From: Eledone cirrhosa
Lineage: Eukaryota
Assembly: GCA_964016885.1 (NCBI GenBank)
Contig: OZ024742.1
Span: forward strand, 111,352,001 to 111,416,000
Direction of reading: 5' to 3'
DNA length: 64,000 nucleotides
Shown: one piece after another, positions 26,809 to 39,579 of the stretch
Position numbering within the stretch: position 1 is the first letter of the stretch
Layout of the letters: each line of letters begins with the position of its first letter
Notes under the pieces: model-generated
Seen by the model: the letters and a program-made list of their open reading frames with translations, nothing else
What the model was told of the DNA's origin: nothing
The model's database searches: none
Program-made: the position numbers and the translations under genes

Positions 26809-27330
26809 TTACACTTCACTGCTAGGGTCTCTACTGCAAACCTGCGACCGATACTTGGAGAGTTTACGCCCCTCAGCCCGAAGTGCAGCAGAACCTGGGT
26901 TAGTCATAGACTGTACTAGGTTACCGTTGGAGAATATATCACTGCATATGGCATCCCAGGCGAAAGGTTTAGCGCCGCGGAACAGGAAGACCGTCATGCC
27001 GTTTGATCTTTTGCCGTCCCCTCGATCCAGCCGCTCCGTCCGGAGATGGGAGGGGAAACCTGCAGCATCCAAGCCATGCTATGGTTTCGAAACGTTTCAA
27101 TGTGGTTGTCGGGCCTAGCCAAGGGTGTGTCCTGCTTATACTAGCCGGATCGGAAATGGTATCGAGACATGTGAGATAGGATCAGTCTGCTAACATTTTG
27201 AAACGACATGGTAATACTTATTTCGTCAGGAGGTGATCTCCGACATGCACTTGATAGGTTTTCTCCCGAGTGCTGAACGGCAAGAAGAAAAATCAGTTCT
27301 GCGAAGACTGGGACACTGGTCCTCCCGAGA
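26809..27330 (-). pseudogene. CRE-clade non-LTR retrotransposon C-terminal (restriction-like endonuclease) fragment
   Basis: LDRGDGKRSNGMTVFLFRGAKPFAWDAICSD...PGSAA.RAE.RK.SKY resembles the DGKRPDG...WD.TC.D endonuclease motif. Confidence 0.7.
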
Positions 27331-27369
27331 AAGGTCGCGCTGTGCGCTGTAAATGCCAAACGTGCTTCA

Positions 27370-27620
27370 CCGAAACAAGTGGAGATGTTCAAGTATATCG
27401 AGGCTGTGTTCAAGAGTGATAGAAAGAAAGAGGCTAAATTAAGTGCAAAAATTGCAGGAGCTGTTGGAGTATTGTACCAACTTCAGCATTCAATCATGAG
27501 AAGAAAAAGGGGTGGGTAAATATAAAAGCGAAAACGCACCATCTTCCAATCCATAATCAGGCTTATCCTTACGTATGGTCAACGGATCGTGGGTACTGAC
27601 AGACATAGCAAATGGAAACA
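27370..27620 (+). pseudogene. RTE-type LINE fragment downstream of the RT core
   Basis: KQVEMFKYIEAVFKSD ... SIIRLILTYG..W. Confidence 0.6.
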
Positions 27621-27896
27621 GGAGTTGTAACAACATCTAAACCAACCGCATCGGCCTTTACGTGTCCCTCCGATAACATTGCTGGCGTGAACAGCACGTA
27701 TATGCGGCTACTGGTATTCTACAAAACTCACTGCGCTCACCTGTGCCTGTGCCCTGGACATGCCCGAAGTTGGCCCCTCAGTAGCAGTAATCATTACTCC
27801 CTACCTTTACTATTTCCATTAGCACAACTAACGCCGCTGCCGCCGGCGCCACCACCACAACCGCCACCAACATCACCACCAACACCACCATCACCT

Positions 27897-27966
<70 letters not shown>
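27897..27966. repeat. (CTA)n microsatellite
   Basis: Direct reading. Confidence 0.95.
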
Positions 27967-28268
27967 AACCTTAAATGTTTAAATTTAGAGTTCATTGATT
28001 GATGGTACATATCCACTCCATTTTGTGGGTTTGTATAGTAATCATTATGTGTTACCTAGCTAAGGAGAAATCATATATTAATTCGTATCCCGTAAATCTA
28101 GTTGCAATATAATTGATTCTATATTATATTGGATTATTGCATATTAGCGTCGCTATATGCAATAATATATAATTTCACGATGATTATAGAATGTGTAAAA
28201 TGTAAAATGGATTTCCTACTTACTTCTAAAATGTTTGCAGCTGAATCAGAGTAAGGGATATTGATGAA

Positions 28269-28425
<157 letters not shown>

Positions 28426-28513
28426 AACGAGTAGGACCCCGATGGCTGAGCTCAAGCCGTTTCGACGGCTAATTCTGGACTGGTCCACCTGGTTCCTTAC
28501 CACATTTCTTTCG

Positions 28514-28562
<49 letters not shown>

Positions 28563-29085
28563 TATACATATATATACATATATATACAAATCTGGGGTTA
28601 TTCCCCTTGTGATTTCAACACGTGGTTTAACTTACCACCGTGTCATTCACTTATTTGGTACAGAGCGAAATACCTGTTGATAACGTGATATTCCTTGTTC
28701 GATCATTATACCCAAAGCTTATATTTTTAATCAGACTGTATTTTGTTTTAGGTGTCACAGAAACCTCTACATCGGATTTTAACAGCAATTCCGGGAGTCC
28801 AGGTCTGGTTATCCTTTATTTTGTTTTGACATGTTTAGCTTGATTTGGTTTTTTGGTTTGGGTGGTTAATGGCTTCTTGACCACCTTTTCAGTTGTGTAT
28901 GCCTTCTTAACACATTGTTTAGCTCTGGTTTTTAACTATTGAGCACTTTGCCAGTGTCATTTCTGATTTTTGCGTTTCGTTTCGCCTTTCCTGCCCACCG
29001 AAATGCGATTCTCGCTGAATCTTTATTTATATATATATATAAATGAAAGGTATAGAAAGTATTGTAGCAAGAAGCCAACAGTATT

Positions 29086-29159
<74 letters not shown>

Positions 29160-29162
<3 letters not shown>

Positions 29163-29735
29163 GGAAAAAGAACAAAGGAACTTTTATGACATTACAACAA
29201 GTTGTTTGCCGACAGCCGTTTCGTCCGACCATATGGTGGGACTTTTCAAGGCATATAACAGGTGATTGTAAGTTCATTGTTTTCATCAACGTTTCACTCA
29301 AGATTAGCAGTTTGAAATCTTGGTATACATCAACAGCTCAGCTTGTTTATATGGTGTCTATCTTCTAAGGGGGCTCTTTTATAATAGTTGTAGGAGTTGT
29401 AAAAAGGATGGGTTAGAGGGAATTAAGAGAATTTCAAAAGGGCCTAAAAGTTAGGGATTGAAGGTTAAAAATTAATGAATTTATAAGTAACGCATTAAAA
29501 GTAAAAGACTTGGGATCCCTTAAAAGCACCTTAAAAAACACCTCAATAAGCGCATAAGGCTTATAAGCCCTAATAAACCTAAAAAACCAGAAGAGATTAA
29601 GAGAATAAAAAAATAAAAAGTTTCCTAAAAAATTCCTTCAAAAAACTTTTTCATAGAGCTTAACTAGCTACCGTCGCATATTTGGTAGGTCAGGCGTGAT
29701 CATCGCGATTTACGTACGACCTACCATACATCTTG
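29160..29735 (-). mobile_element. single-arm HHR-bearing insert between two (TA)n tracts
   Basis: Bounded by TA tracts, non-coding, HHR about 50 nt from the left end. Confidence 0.7.
29207..29253 (-). ncRNA. minimal type I hammerhead ribozyme (U3-A8 variant)
   Basis: tgcc-TTGAAAA-gtcc c acca ta tggt c ggac-GAAA-cggctg-TC-ggca. All three stems form, GUC triplet. Confidence 0.8.
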
Positions 29736-29773
<38 letters not shown>

Positions 29774-29840
29774 CGAGGTTTAGCAAATAGAGAAAAGTCT
29801 TAAAATAAATTTTAAAACGTTCGCTGTACTTACTATATGT

Positions 29841-29924
29841 ACCTTTACGGCGTGGTTTCAAATCCCAAAATAAATGGATAATCCAGGCGGACTACCATTG
29901 AGAAGAGGATTCTCGTCAGAAGTT
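29841..29924 (-). ncRNA. type I hammerhead with enlarged loop II
   Basis: aactt-CTGACGA-gaatcc...ggattt-GAAA-ccacgccg-TA-aaggt. Confidence 0.7.
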
Positions 29925-30423
29925 TCTTCTCGCTCGGAGAATATGAAATTCCCGAGTTCAAGTCACAAACTGGCGCCATATAAAACTATTCCCAGATGAG
30001 AGTGAATGAGGAAGGGACCAATTCCGTCTAGTGCCATGTGTAAAGACAGAAGGAAAGGAAGGACAAGTCTATGTCCTGCCACTAGAAATAGCAGAAGTTC
30101 AAACGACCAAAATTTTGTCTCTAGCTTAGGGGAGATTAATAATAATAAAATATGTGTTCCTACGTGTAAAAAATACATATTGGGATACAAGTATTATCCA
30201 ACCGTATGCCAATGTGGTTCAATGGCAGGTTAATAAATTAACGAGCCAGAACGTATAAAATCAAGGTTTAGCAAATAGAGAAAAAGTTTTAAAATAAAAT
30301 TTAAAAAAATCGCTGTACTTACTATATGTACCCTTACCCTTGCCTTCTGTCTTTAGACACGGCACTAGACGGAATTGGTCCCTTCCTCATTCACTCTCAT
30401 ATTATATTCTCCGAGCGAGAAGA

Positions 30424-30507
30424 ACCTTCTGACGAGAATCCCCTTCTCAATGGTGGTCCGCCTGGGTTATCCATTTATTTTGTGATCTGAAACCGCGCGG
30501 TAAGGGT
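30424..30507 (+). ncRNA. type I hammerhead with enlarged loop II
   Basis: acctt-CTGACGA-gaatc...gatct-GAAA-ccgcgcgg-TA-agggt. Palindromic stem III ACCGCGCGGT. Confidence 0.75.
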
Positions 30508-30692
30508 ACATATAGTAAGTACAGCGAACTTTTTGAAATTTATTTTAAAACTTTTTCTCTATTTGCGAAATCTTGATTTTATAAGTTCTGGCTCGTTAAT
30601 TTATTAACCTGCTATAGAACCACATTGGCATATAGTTGGATAATACTTGTATCCCTATATGTATATTTTACACGTAGGAACCCATACTTTAT

Positions 30693-30742
<50 letters not shown>

Positions 30743-30747
<5 letters not shown>

Positions 30748-31575
30748 AGTAAAAATTAGCGAGAATCGAATTTCAGCTCAGCAATTGACGAAAAACACTT
30801 CCGAGTTGTGCGGCAAGCGCTCGATAATTCATATGAATTAAAGCTTACAACTTACGTTAAAGGCCAACGCACTGAGATGATGGTTAAACTAATCACCCGC
30901 ACAGCGAAAAATCGACCGCCTAATTCGGGTCAAACAGATATACAAATATAAAAATATATAAATATATATATGGTTGAAAATTTACCCGGACCCCTGGAGA
31001 GATGGTAAAATCCAGTATTTGGGTTTCTGCGGCTCCATAAGTCATTTACTGTCCACTTACATAAAGGATGTTAGGCTTCTGGTACTATGACTCAACTTGG
31101 AGTACGCGTTGTCAACGGGATTCAGTTCGAATGTCCACATGAATGTGCCTGTAACTGACCCACGTGGGGTTCAGCAAGGGAGGCAACACCTATATTAGGC
31201 GAATGAATTCCGTTGTGTATAATATTGCGAAAATGCAAAATATCACAAAACAAATGAAGCTCTCGACAGAGTGGTTAAATATAACGAAGATATTCAACAG
31301 TCAATAGAATAAACCAAAAACAATCGATAAAATTAACTGGCCAATAGCTGGACTCTGGAGATTAATACAAGTCAAAATTAGCGAGAATCGAATTTCAGCT
31401 CAGGAATTGACGAAAAACGCTTCCGAGTTGTGCGGCAAGCGCTCGATAATTCATATGAATTAAAGCTTACAACTTACGTTAAAGGCCAACGCACTGAGAT
31501 GATGGTTAAACTAATTATCCGTACAGCGAAAAATCGACCGCCTAATTCGGGTAAAACAGATATACAAATATATAA
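30743..31575 (+). mobile_element. tandem PLE-derived insert in (TA)n, 622-bp period
   Basis: ~30743-30960 is almost identical to ~31365-31575. Decayed HHR-like ggaccc-CTGGAGA-gatggtaaaatcc-agtattt-gggttt at 30988-31026. Confidence 0.6.
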
Positions 31576-31583
31576 ATATATAT

Positions 31584-31677
<94 letters not shown>

Positions 31678-31681
<4 letters not shown>

Positions 31682-32480
31682 ATAATATAAAGTAAGAAGA
31701 AATAGTAGACACAGATGTATACCTATTTTTTTCTTCAATATCCCGACTGTATAGTTTCGCTGATCACTATGCAAAAATGTTATATCATAGAGATGTAACA
31801 TTGTTGTGAGGTAAGTCAGCTTTTCAAGGTAACACCTCAGGGAAAGAGAGCTTCAAGACACGACCGTAGCATGCGAGGGAAACTCAAAAGGCGGAGGGAG
31901 ATACTATCACGTGTTACACCGGTCAAGAAAGGAGACTAAATCCCTTGTAGCTGTGAAAAATATCTCAGAAGGCGGAGGGGGTATTGATATGATACAGAGA
32001 CTACAGAAGGGTGGTAAGGTTGACTGAAAGTGTATATAGTGTTTGCTTGAAAGCAATCACTATACTTTCGTGGTTACTCTATCGTGAGGGAGTCAGAGAC
32101 AATAATGAGAGGTACACAGATATATTTGTTGACCGGTGTATCACGTGATAGTATCTCCCTCCGCCTTTTGAAATTCCCTCGCATGTTACGGTCGTGTCTT
32201 CAAGCTCTCTTTCGCTGAGGTGTTCCCTTGAAAAGCTGACTTACCCCCACAACAATGTTACATCTCTATGATATAATATTTTTGCATAGTGACATTGTAC
32301 AGTTGGGATATTGAAGACAAAATAGGTATATATATGTGTCTACTATTTCCTCTTACTTTATAATATGTTACATAGCTCTGATATCAAGTCAATTTAATTA
32401 TTTCTATTATCTTGTCTCTCATAATCATAGAGCAACAGTGGTTAAGGTCAACAAAACACAATCTCACATACTTGTGAAAA
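31678..32480. mobile_element. fold-back HHR-bearing insert (long-loop-II family)
   Basis: ~31680-31926 is the reverse complement of ~32129-32370. Left end abuts (TA)n. Homologous to 7891-8285. Confidence 0.8.
31741..31831 (-). ncRNA. type I hammerhead, U3-A8 variant, loop II of ~55-60 nt
   Basis: tacc (tccc in the other arm)-TTGAAAA-gctga...tcagc-GAAA-ctatacag-TC-ggga. The plus-arm copy (32224-32308) has lost tcagcGAAA. Confidence 0.72.
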
Positions 32481-32574
32481 CATTATATGTGTATATATAC
32501 ATGTGTATGTATGTATGCACATATATCTGCGTACGTCTCATTATTGTATATATATATATATATGACGTATAGAT

Positions 32575-32808
32575 TTACGGCCCTTGCCATTCTGAGTTCA
32601 AATCCAGCCGAGGTTAACTTTGCCTTTCATCCTTACGGGGTCGATAAAATAAAGTACCAGTAATGCACTGGATATTTGCTGGCCTTGAGCCTAACGTAGA
32701 AACAATTATTGTATATATATATATATACAATTACATATATACAATATATATATACAATATATATATATATATATAGTATATATATAGCAAAGTTAACCGT
32801 ATATATAT

Positions 32809-32887
<79 letters not shown>

Positions 32888-33006
32888 ATATATACAATAT
32901 ATATATATACGGTTAACTTTGCCTTTCATCCTTAAGGGGTCGATAAAATAAAGTACCAGTAATACACTGGATAATTGGTGGACTTGTGCCAAAAGTAGAA
33001 ACAATT

Positions 33007-33009
<3 letters not shown>
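32575..33009 (+). mobile_element. two 5'-truncated SINE family A pieces separated by a TA-rich palindrome
   Basis: 32575-32710 and 32911-33009 match the family-A 3' half. Confidence 0.8.
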
Positions 33010-33047
<38 letters not shown>

Positions 33048-33289
33048 CATTTCATATTTACACGCACGTTGTATTTCCAAATGCCATAAGACAGCGATAT
33101 AAGTCATTCTGCAAATATTCTGCTTTTTATGAGGGTCTCTCATGCTAAAATACATTTCCAACCAATCCTAATATCCAATTACACTAATATTAAGTAGTTA
33201 TACAATTGATGTATGCATTCTTACTATATGATACCCCTGAATATTATATTGTTAGGTCAACATTATTACAAGATTGGTAGTCTAAATCT

Positions 33290-33530
33290 AAAATCTGTCT
33301 CCAGCTTTGAAGCTCATCAAGCCAGTGTTTATCTTGGTTTCTGTGGCATGAAGAGACTGAGTTCGACAGGAAGTTATTCCATCGTAACGTTAAACTCCTA
33401 ATTATTGCTGGTAATCATTTTTAGCTGAGTATACTGGAGCAACGTGAAATGAGGTGTTTTTCTCAAGAACACAACACGCAACCCAGCCCAGGAATCGAAC
33501 CCACAACATTATGAACGTAAATGGTAACAC
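33290..33530 (-). mobile_element. SINE family B, degenerate
   Basis: Reverse complement reads gggttcgattcctggg...gcgtgttgtgttcttgagaaaaacacctcatttcacgttgctccagt. Confidence 0.7.
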
Positions 33531-33592
33531 CCTTAACATTGAATATATAACATTTTTTTTTTCTATAGAAATGTGTAATTTAGGAGAGCACA

Positions 33593-33778
33593 TAATAATT
33601 GTTTCTACATTTGTCCAAAAATCCTGCAATTATCCCACTACTATATTTTATCGACCCCATAAGGATGAAATGCAACGTTAACCACGGTGGGATTTGAACT
33701 TAGACAATAAAGGGCCGTAACTCCTTGCTGCAAATTATGGCGTCCGACCATCTACCGATACTGCCAATCCACCTCCCA
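33593..33778 (-). mobile_element. SINE family A
   Basis: Reverse complement of the family-A consensus. Confidence 0.8.
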
Positions 33779-35759
33779 TAATAATGAAGATTAAAGCTTC
33801 TCTCACAACACCAAGAGTCCATTGTCATACTGTCATTTGAATATGTTGGCGATAGATTAAATCTGGTACGTCACGAGTAATTTCTACATCCTATATAAGG
33901 TGGGTAATTTGAACTCAAAGTGCAAAGTATCGCAAAACATCATGTAGGATGCTCTAGGTATTCCGTTAATCCACGGCCCACTGTTCTGGTACGTACATTT
34001 GAACTCAGAGAGCCGGCACAAATATCGATGTGCTTTTAATTCCACACTTTTACATACAGATTCGCCGCTCTAATTTATGAGGAAACGCTAACTTTTCGGG
34101 AGAATTCATATAATTATTTCTGGTAAACATAAAAGATTTTACTGAGTGTACTTTATTCAATTACCGTGCCAGGCAGAAAGCATAAGAAAAATATTTCTGA
34201 TAATATCGATATATTGTATTATATTTTTCAAACAGAGAACATATTTCTCTTAAATTCAAAAAAATTACTGAGCCATTTAGCATAATTGTTGTTTCTACAA
34301 TCTTAATACACTGACAATGCAAAATTTATAAGCCGTGTCGTTTTTTATTTTCCGGCAATGAATATAAAGAACAAAAGGTTTGTAAATAAAAAAGATAAAC
34401 TATGCGATACGGCATTAATAAAATGTGTGTGCATCATATTATTAAACATGATTTGTACTGAATAGAAACAACAGATATCCATTCCGACACCACAAGCTTC
34501 CATCGTGCTACCTCAATAGTTCTAAAGTCAATAATCTAAAATATCTCATTAAACTATCTAAAATAGTTTCGTCGTAATCTTCACAGTATAATGGAGCTAT
34601 GGGGGAGAATTTGCGATAAATCTTGAATAACTTCAAACGCAGTGTGGAACACATTAATAGAATTTCTAAACAAGGAAGTGATCTGACTTTCATCTTAATA
34701 AGACATATAACACTTCTCACCTCAACATGTGATGTAATTAATTGCAGATTAATTTGCCCAATGGGTTTAAATTATATCATTCGTATATTAAAATGAAAGG
34801 ATACATTAACCGTATTCAGAATCCCCAAGAAAGTGGAATACAACAAGATATATCAAAAAGTTAAAAGTGACTAATGAATGCACCAAATTAAAGTAGTGTA
34901 CACTAATAAATATAACAATAAGAACATATTTAAAGTCATTAGATTTTGTAATTAAATATGGGACATTTACCTAATGAACGAATTATGTGACATATGGATA
35001 ATTACTGAAATAATTAGTTTAATGGAAAACCTTCCCTAAATTAATTGGTTAATTTGTAAAAAGATTAATATGATAAATATATTATTTGCAATAATACTTT
35101 AATTAAAGCTCCAGTTAAAAATACTCGCATTTCAAACATATCTATAATTACACCTTTATTTACAGAATATATTATAGGATTAAGAATTATTCAGTATGCA
35201 CACACACACACGCACACACACACTCACACACACATACGCACACACACACACACACACACATATATACCATGTATATTGCCATGTATATGAAGAAATAGAA
35301 GGCAATAAAATGAAGTAAACAGAAAATAAATAATAGATAGAGAATAAATGAAACATTAATGAAAAGGTAATGAAAAAGTAATGAAAAGTGAATATGGAAA
35401 ATAAAAAATGAAAATGAAACGTGAAAAATAATATGAAGATTCGAATAAAATAAGATAAAATGTGTGTGTGCTATAACCAATGTCAAGGTCAGAAATATGT
35501 TGGATAGATTGGTAGGAGGTACAATATGGTAAAAGAATACAAAGAAATAGGATAATCAAATAAAATGTGTGTGTGTTATAACCAATCTCAACTTAAATAC
35601 AAATATAGGGTGATAAAGTAAAGAAAACAGAAAACAAATAACAAATGAATAATGAGAAATCAAAATTGAAAAATCAAAAATCAGCTAAATTAAAATGTGT
35701 GTGTGTTATAAAGATGTTGGCCAAATTAAAGGCTGTGTCAGAATTAATATCTAGGCTAT

Positions 35760-37835
35760 CATGGTGTCTGCACTGCCTGGGTTGGTCCCTATGGCTTGAG
35801 GGGAGTTCCCAACCTATGGTCTTGTTATGCCCATATAGATTGAGGGCGGTTTGGCCGGGAGGTGTCTACATGTTCACGAGAAGTCCCTATAGCTTGAGGG
35901 GAGTTCAGATCTTATTGTGTTGCTACTGTCCATATATCTTGAGGAAGGTCCCGGCCCTGAGGTGTCTGCATGTCCCGTAGAAGTCGGTTCTGAGGTTTAT
36001 TAGGCTTCCACCTCTTAATATCTCGAGGGTCCGTTCAGATATAGTTTGCATATGCAAGATGCCCCTTTATCGGGTGCTACTTTCCTGATTATGGACCAGG
36101 CCAGCGAGTACGGAGTCCTGTCCAGCTTAAGCTTCCAGATCAGGTCGGAGAGAGCCGTACTTTTACTTTTGACCTCCTTATTGAAGAAATGGCGATGGTT
36201 ATACCAGCGGTCTTCAAAGCTCGTTGATGTGGCTCCTATGTAGAGGTGTTCGGAGTTGGGGTTTTTAACCCTACAACCGTATACTAGGTTCTTCTTAAGG
36301 CATTCATTACCAAGGGGGCATGTTTCGGGGTTTCTGCAGTTGCAGAGGGTGGTCGACCTCTGCGTGCCTAGATTGGGGTTCCCGTTAGGTGTTATATGGT
36401 GGTGTTCCCCCAGGCGCGGTGAGGTCCCCGGGTCTGTTTGGGTTTCTTGGGTGGGCACTGGGTCCCCCTTCCCTCCTTTCACATGGTTCTGCTGAGTCCT
36501 TGTATTGCCATCTTCTGGTTGTGTGTGGATTTTAAGCCTATTCCTGTTGATACTAGCTATGTGTTGGGCCAGATTTCTCGTGGTGGATACGAGAGATTCA
36601 CAGTGTGTCTGTCGAAGATCTTGTGGTATCTATGGTCCCTCGGGAAGCATTTATCAAGTACTCCAAAGAATGATCGGGGCAAGCTGTTCTTTAGGGCCGC
36701 TGAGTAGGGTTGGTTGTACCACGTGATTTTTCTGTGTCTCCTCCTATATGTGTGGGTCGGGGGCGTCGTGAGTTGTTGGAGTTTGTTGGGTTGCTGGTGG
36801 TTCCCGCATTGTTGCTTCCCCTTTGGGCGCCATGCGTTTTGCTATCTTCACGGCCCGAATCTATGGGGTGGTCGTTGCCCGCGCTGGGAGATCTACCATG
36901 GGGTGGTCCCTCGTTCCCCCCCCCCGCCCACGGGTCCTGCAGTTGGGGTCGTCGGGCCCGGGGTGGTTAGCATCACCCCTGAGACTGCTACTCATATTGG
37001 GTTTCATCCCATGGTTAAGCGTACTCGTCACTAACGCCCGTGTGGTCGTGTCGGGCTCATGGTGCCTATTTGTTTTTGTACTGCCTGTATTGTTAGGGTT
37101 CGTCCCCCCCCCTCCACCGGGCAACGCTAGTGTGGGTGTCCGTTGGGCCATCCCCATCCCGGCGTTTCGGAATGTATGTTATATTTTGTCCATGTGCCGC
37201 CTTATTTAGAGCTGCGTTGTAATATTCTGCGTTGTTATCGAATATTTCCTTACTTGCGGACAGGCTGGGGATCCTGTCCGAGACACTCTTTACCACTGTC
37301 TTGGTTATGGATCTAGGGTGGTTTGACTTGGCGTTAACATACACGAGTTTCTCGTTGGGCTTGTGATAGGGGTAGTATTGTTCGGTGTTCAGGTTTAGGG
37401 TGGTGTCTAGGAAGTTAACTACCTTTCTATTTGGGTCTAGTTCTATACTGAGCCCCTGGTTCTTAAAGAAATGGCGAATACGCCTCCTCATTCCCTCCAA
37501 CATATTCGTGTTGTGGTCATATACTGTGAAGAGAGCATCGTCACGACATAATCCGCCGACCAGGCAGAGGATTTCATCTTTTATCTGCTTCAGCACGAAG
37601 AGCCCAACCAGATCCGTTACGTGGTGAGTCGCTGGAGCCCATCGCGATGTCAAAGTTATTTGGCCAATCACTCCTGGTCCAAAGGTCTCCATCGAAACGG
37701 ATTAAGGTCTTTCTTGCGGCGTTGCGGCGTAGATGATGCTCACCTCCTCTCGGGTTAGGTCCGTGTTGGACATCGCTAAAAGTAGGGCCTTATTGAGTAC
37801 TATGGGTGAGATTGAGGAGTAGTAGCTTATGCTTT
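35760..37835 (-). pseudogene. 5'-truncated Penelope-like element, Hydra-clade-like (RT, CxCx5C linker, GIY-YIG), 5' end at (TA)n
   Basis: GLCRDD, VNFLDTTLNL...YYPYHKPN...YVNAKSNHP, ITWYNQPYS, CNCRNPETCPLGNECLKKNLVYGC...YIGAT..FEDRWYNH, and C-terminal CRH. Confidence 0.85.
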
Positions 37836-37848
37836 GTATATCTCTATA

Positions 37849-37909
<61 letters not shown>

Positions 37910-37927
37910 TAAATATATATAAATATA

Positions 37928-38150
37928 AAAAAAGATGAAATCGAAAATGCAGTTCTTTTTTATAAAAACCACAAACACTCCAACTCAATTCTACTTTTGA
38001 ACTGCGAAACCGGTAAAGGAAGCAAATAAATATATTTAAAAAAAAGACTCCAGTTGCATTTTCGATTTCATCTTTTTTCCTTATACATTCACTCGTCTAG
38101 GACACCTCGTTTTTTTTTTTCATTTTGTAAAAAAAACCTCACTTTCTAAT
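37928..38150 (+). mobile_element. insert in (TA)n with a short inverted arm and the 3' half of an HHR
   Basis: cGAAA-ccgg-TA-aagg at ~38005-38020. 38040-38150 is the reverse complement of 21648-21760. Confidence 0.65.
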
Positions 38151-38161
38151 ATATATATATA

Positions 38162-38223
<62 letters not shown>

Positions 38224-39432
38224 GTGTGTTTCTGTTTGTAAATATATACGCTTACAGTTCGGTAAATTGATGACTTCAAACTCAATACGAGACATTAAGA
38301 TAATGGAGGGATTCTATATTATCGCCTACAGGATGTCATGCCCTCAAGGAGGTGTTCTAACATGGCCTCATTCAAGTGATTGAACGCATTAGAATAATAC
38401 AGTAGCCTATAAATATAAATTTGCTTAGACTGCTATATTACTTTACAGTGTAAATGTATCTGTCATAGGTAATATATAGTGTTATATATTATCAAAACTC
38501 ATGTATGAGAGCATTTAAGTCTTATATATAATATTCAAACCAACTCTATGTAATATAATGGATTATATCAATTTTTACACTCTATATTAATTTTCGAAAA
38601 TTAATAATTATAATAATTTTTGACAAGTAATCCATTTGTTTCTGAAAATCATGGCTTTATCCAAGAATCGCTCTAGGCATATCTACGACTAACATTTTCC
38701 AATATGTTAATTTATGCATTATTAATTGCTATAGTACTTTCTGTCACATTTAATCAATATCTCGTGTTCAGTTCCATATGATAATTGCTTCATAAACCAT
38801 TATTGTGCTTGTTTTACGCACCGTTGATTCTACTGGATATCTCGCACAATATAATGCATATTTTATAATTCAATTGTTTGATGCAGACTTCGACTTTCAT
38901 ATCCCCATAAGCAACCTTTTGTTTTTCTTTTAAAATATTAAAAATAATTTGCAGAACTCAGAGCAAAAATATCAAATATAATTTATGGATATTTTATTGC
39001 TTCACAATATGTATGATATGCCTTACATACTGAGTACTATCCGGCAGGTATCATTTATTACCAATCTATAGCAAGTAAAATATATGAATTAATTTATCGG
39101 TACTTGTCAATGAAGAATAGGTTTTTATGGTTTTAGAAAGATCAGAAAATATTCGGCAATGCATGCACATATACATGCATACATACATATAAACATATAT
39201 ACATACATACAAACATACATACATGCATACATACATGCATATATATATATGTATATATATAATATATATATCTATACATATATATGCATACAGTGAGTCA
39301 TGGCAATTAATTTTTATATGCATACTCTCTAAATACTAACCCGCACACACATATACATCACACGGAATTATATATATATATATATTTTTTTTTTCATTGA
39401 ACTGTGTCGTTTGATCTGTTATTTATGTTTAC

Positions 39433-39436
<4 letters not shown>

Positions 39437-39503
<67 letters not shown>

Positions 39504-39577
39504 ACACACACACACATACACACACACACACACATACACACACACACACACACATATACACACATATACACACACAT
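39437..39577. repeat. (CA)n microsatellite
   Basis: Direct reading. Confidence 0.95.
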
Positions 39578-39579
39578 AT

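Larger units (their letters stand above)
29768..30697. mobile_element. retrozyme-like element: ~1.15 minus-strand monomers (489 nt) joined head-to-head to a partial plus-strand monomer, in (TA)n
   Basis: 29770-29848 is repeated at 30257-30338. 30340-30697 is the reverse complement of a circularly permuted part of the monomer. Confidence 0.8.

Noticed and set aside
27612-27974. Pro/Leu-rich ORF
   Set aside because: Derived from (CCA)n and (CTA)n repeats.
30755-30830. GAAA-ttcgat-TC on the minus strand as a hammerhead
   Set aside because: No upstream CUGANGA-like core. Better explained as a coding relic on the opposite strand.
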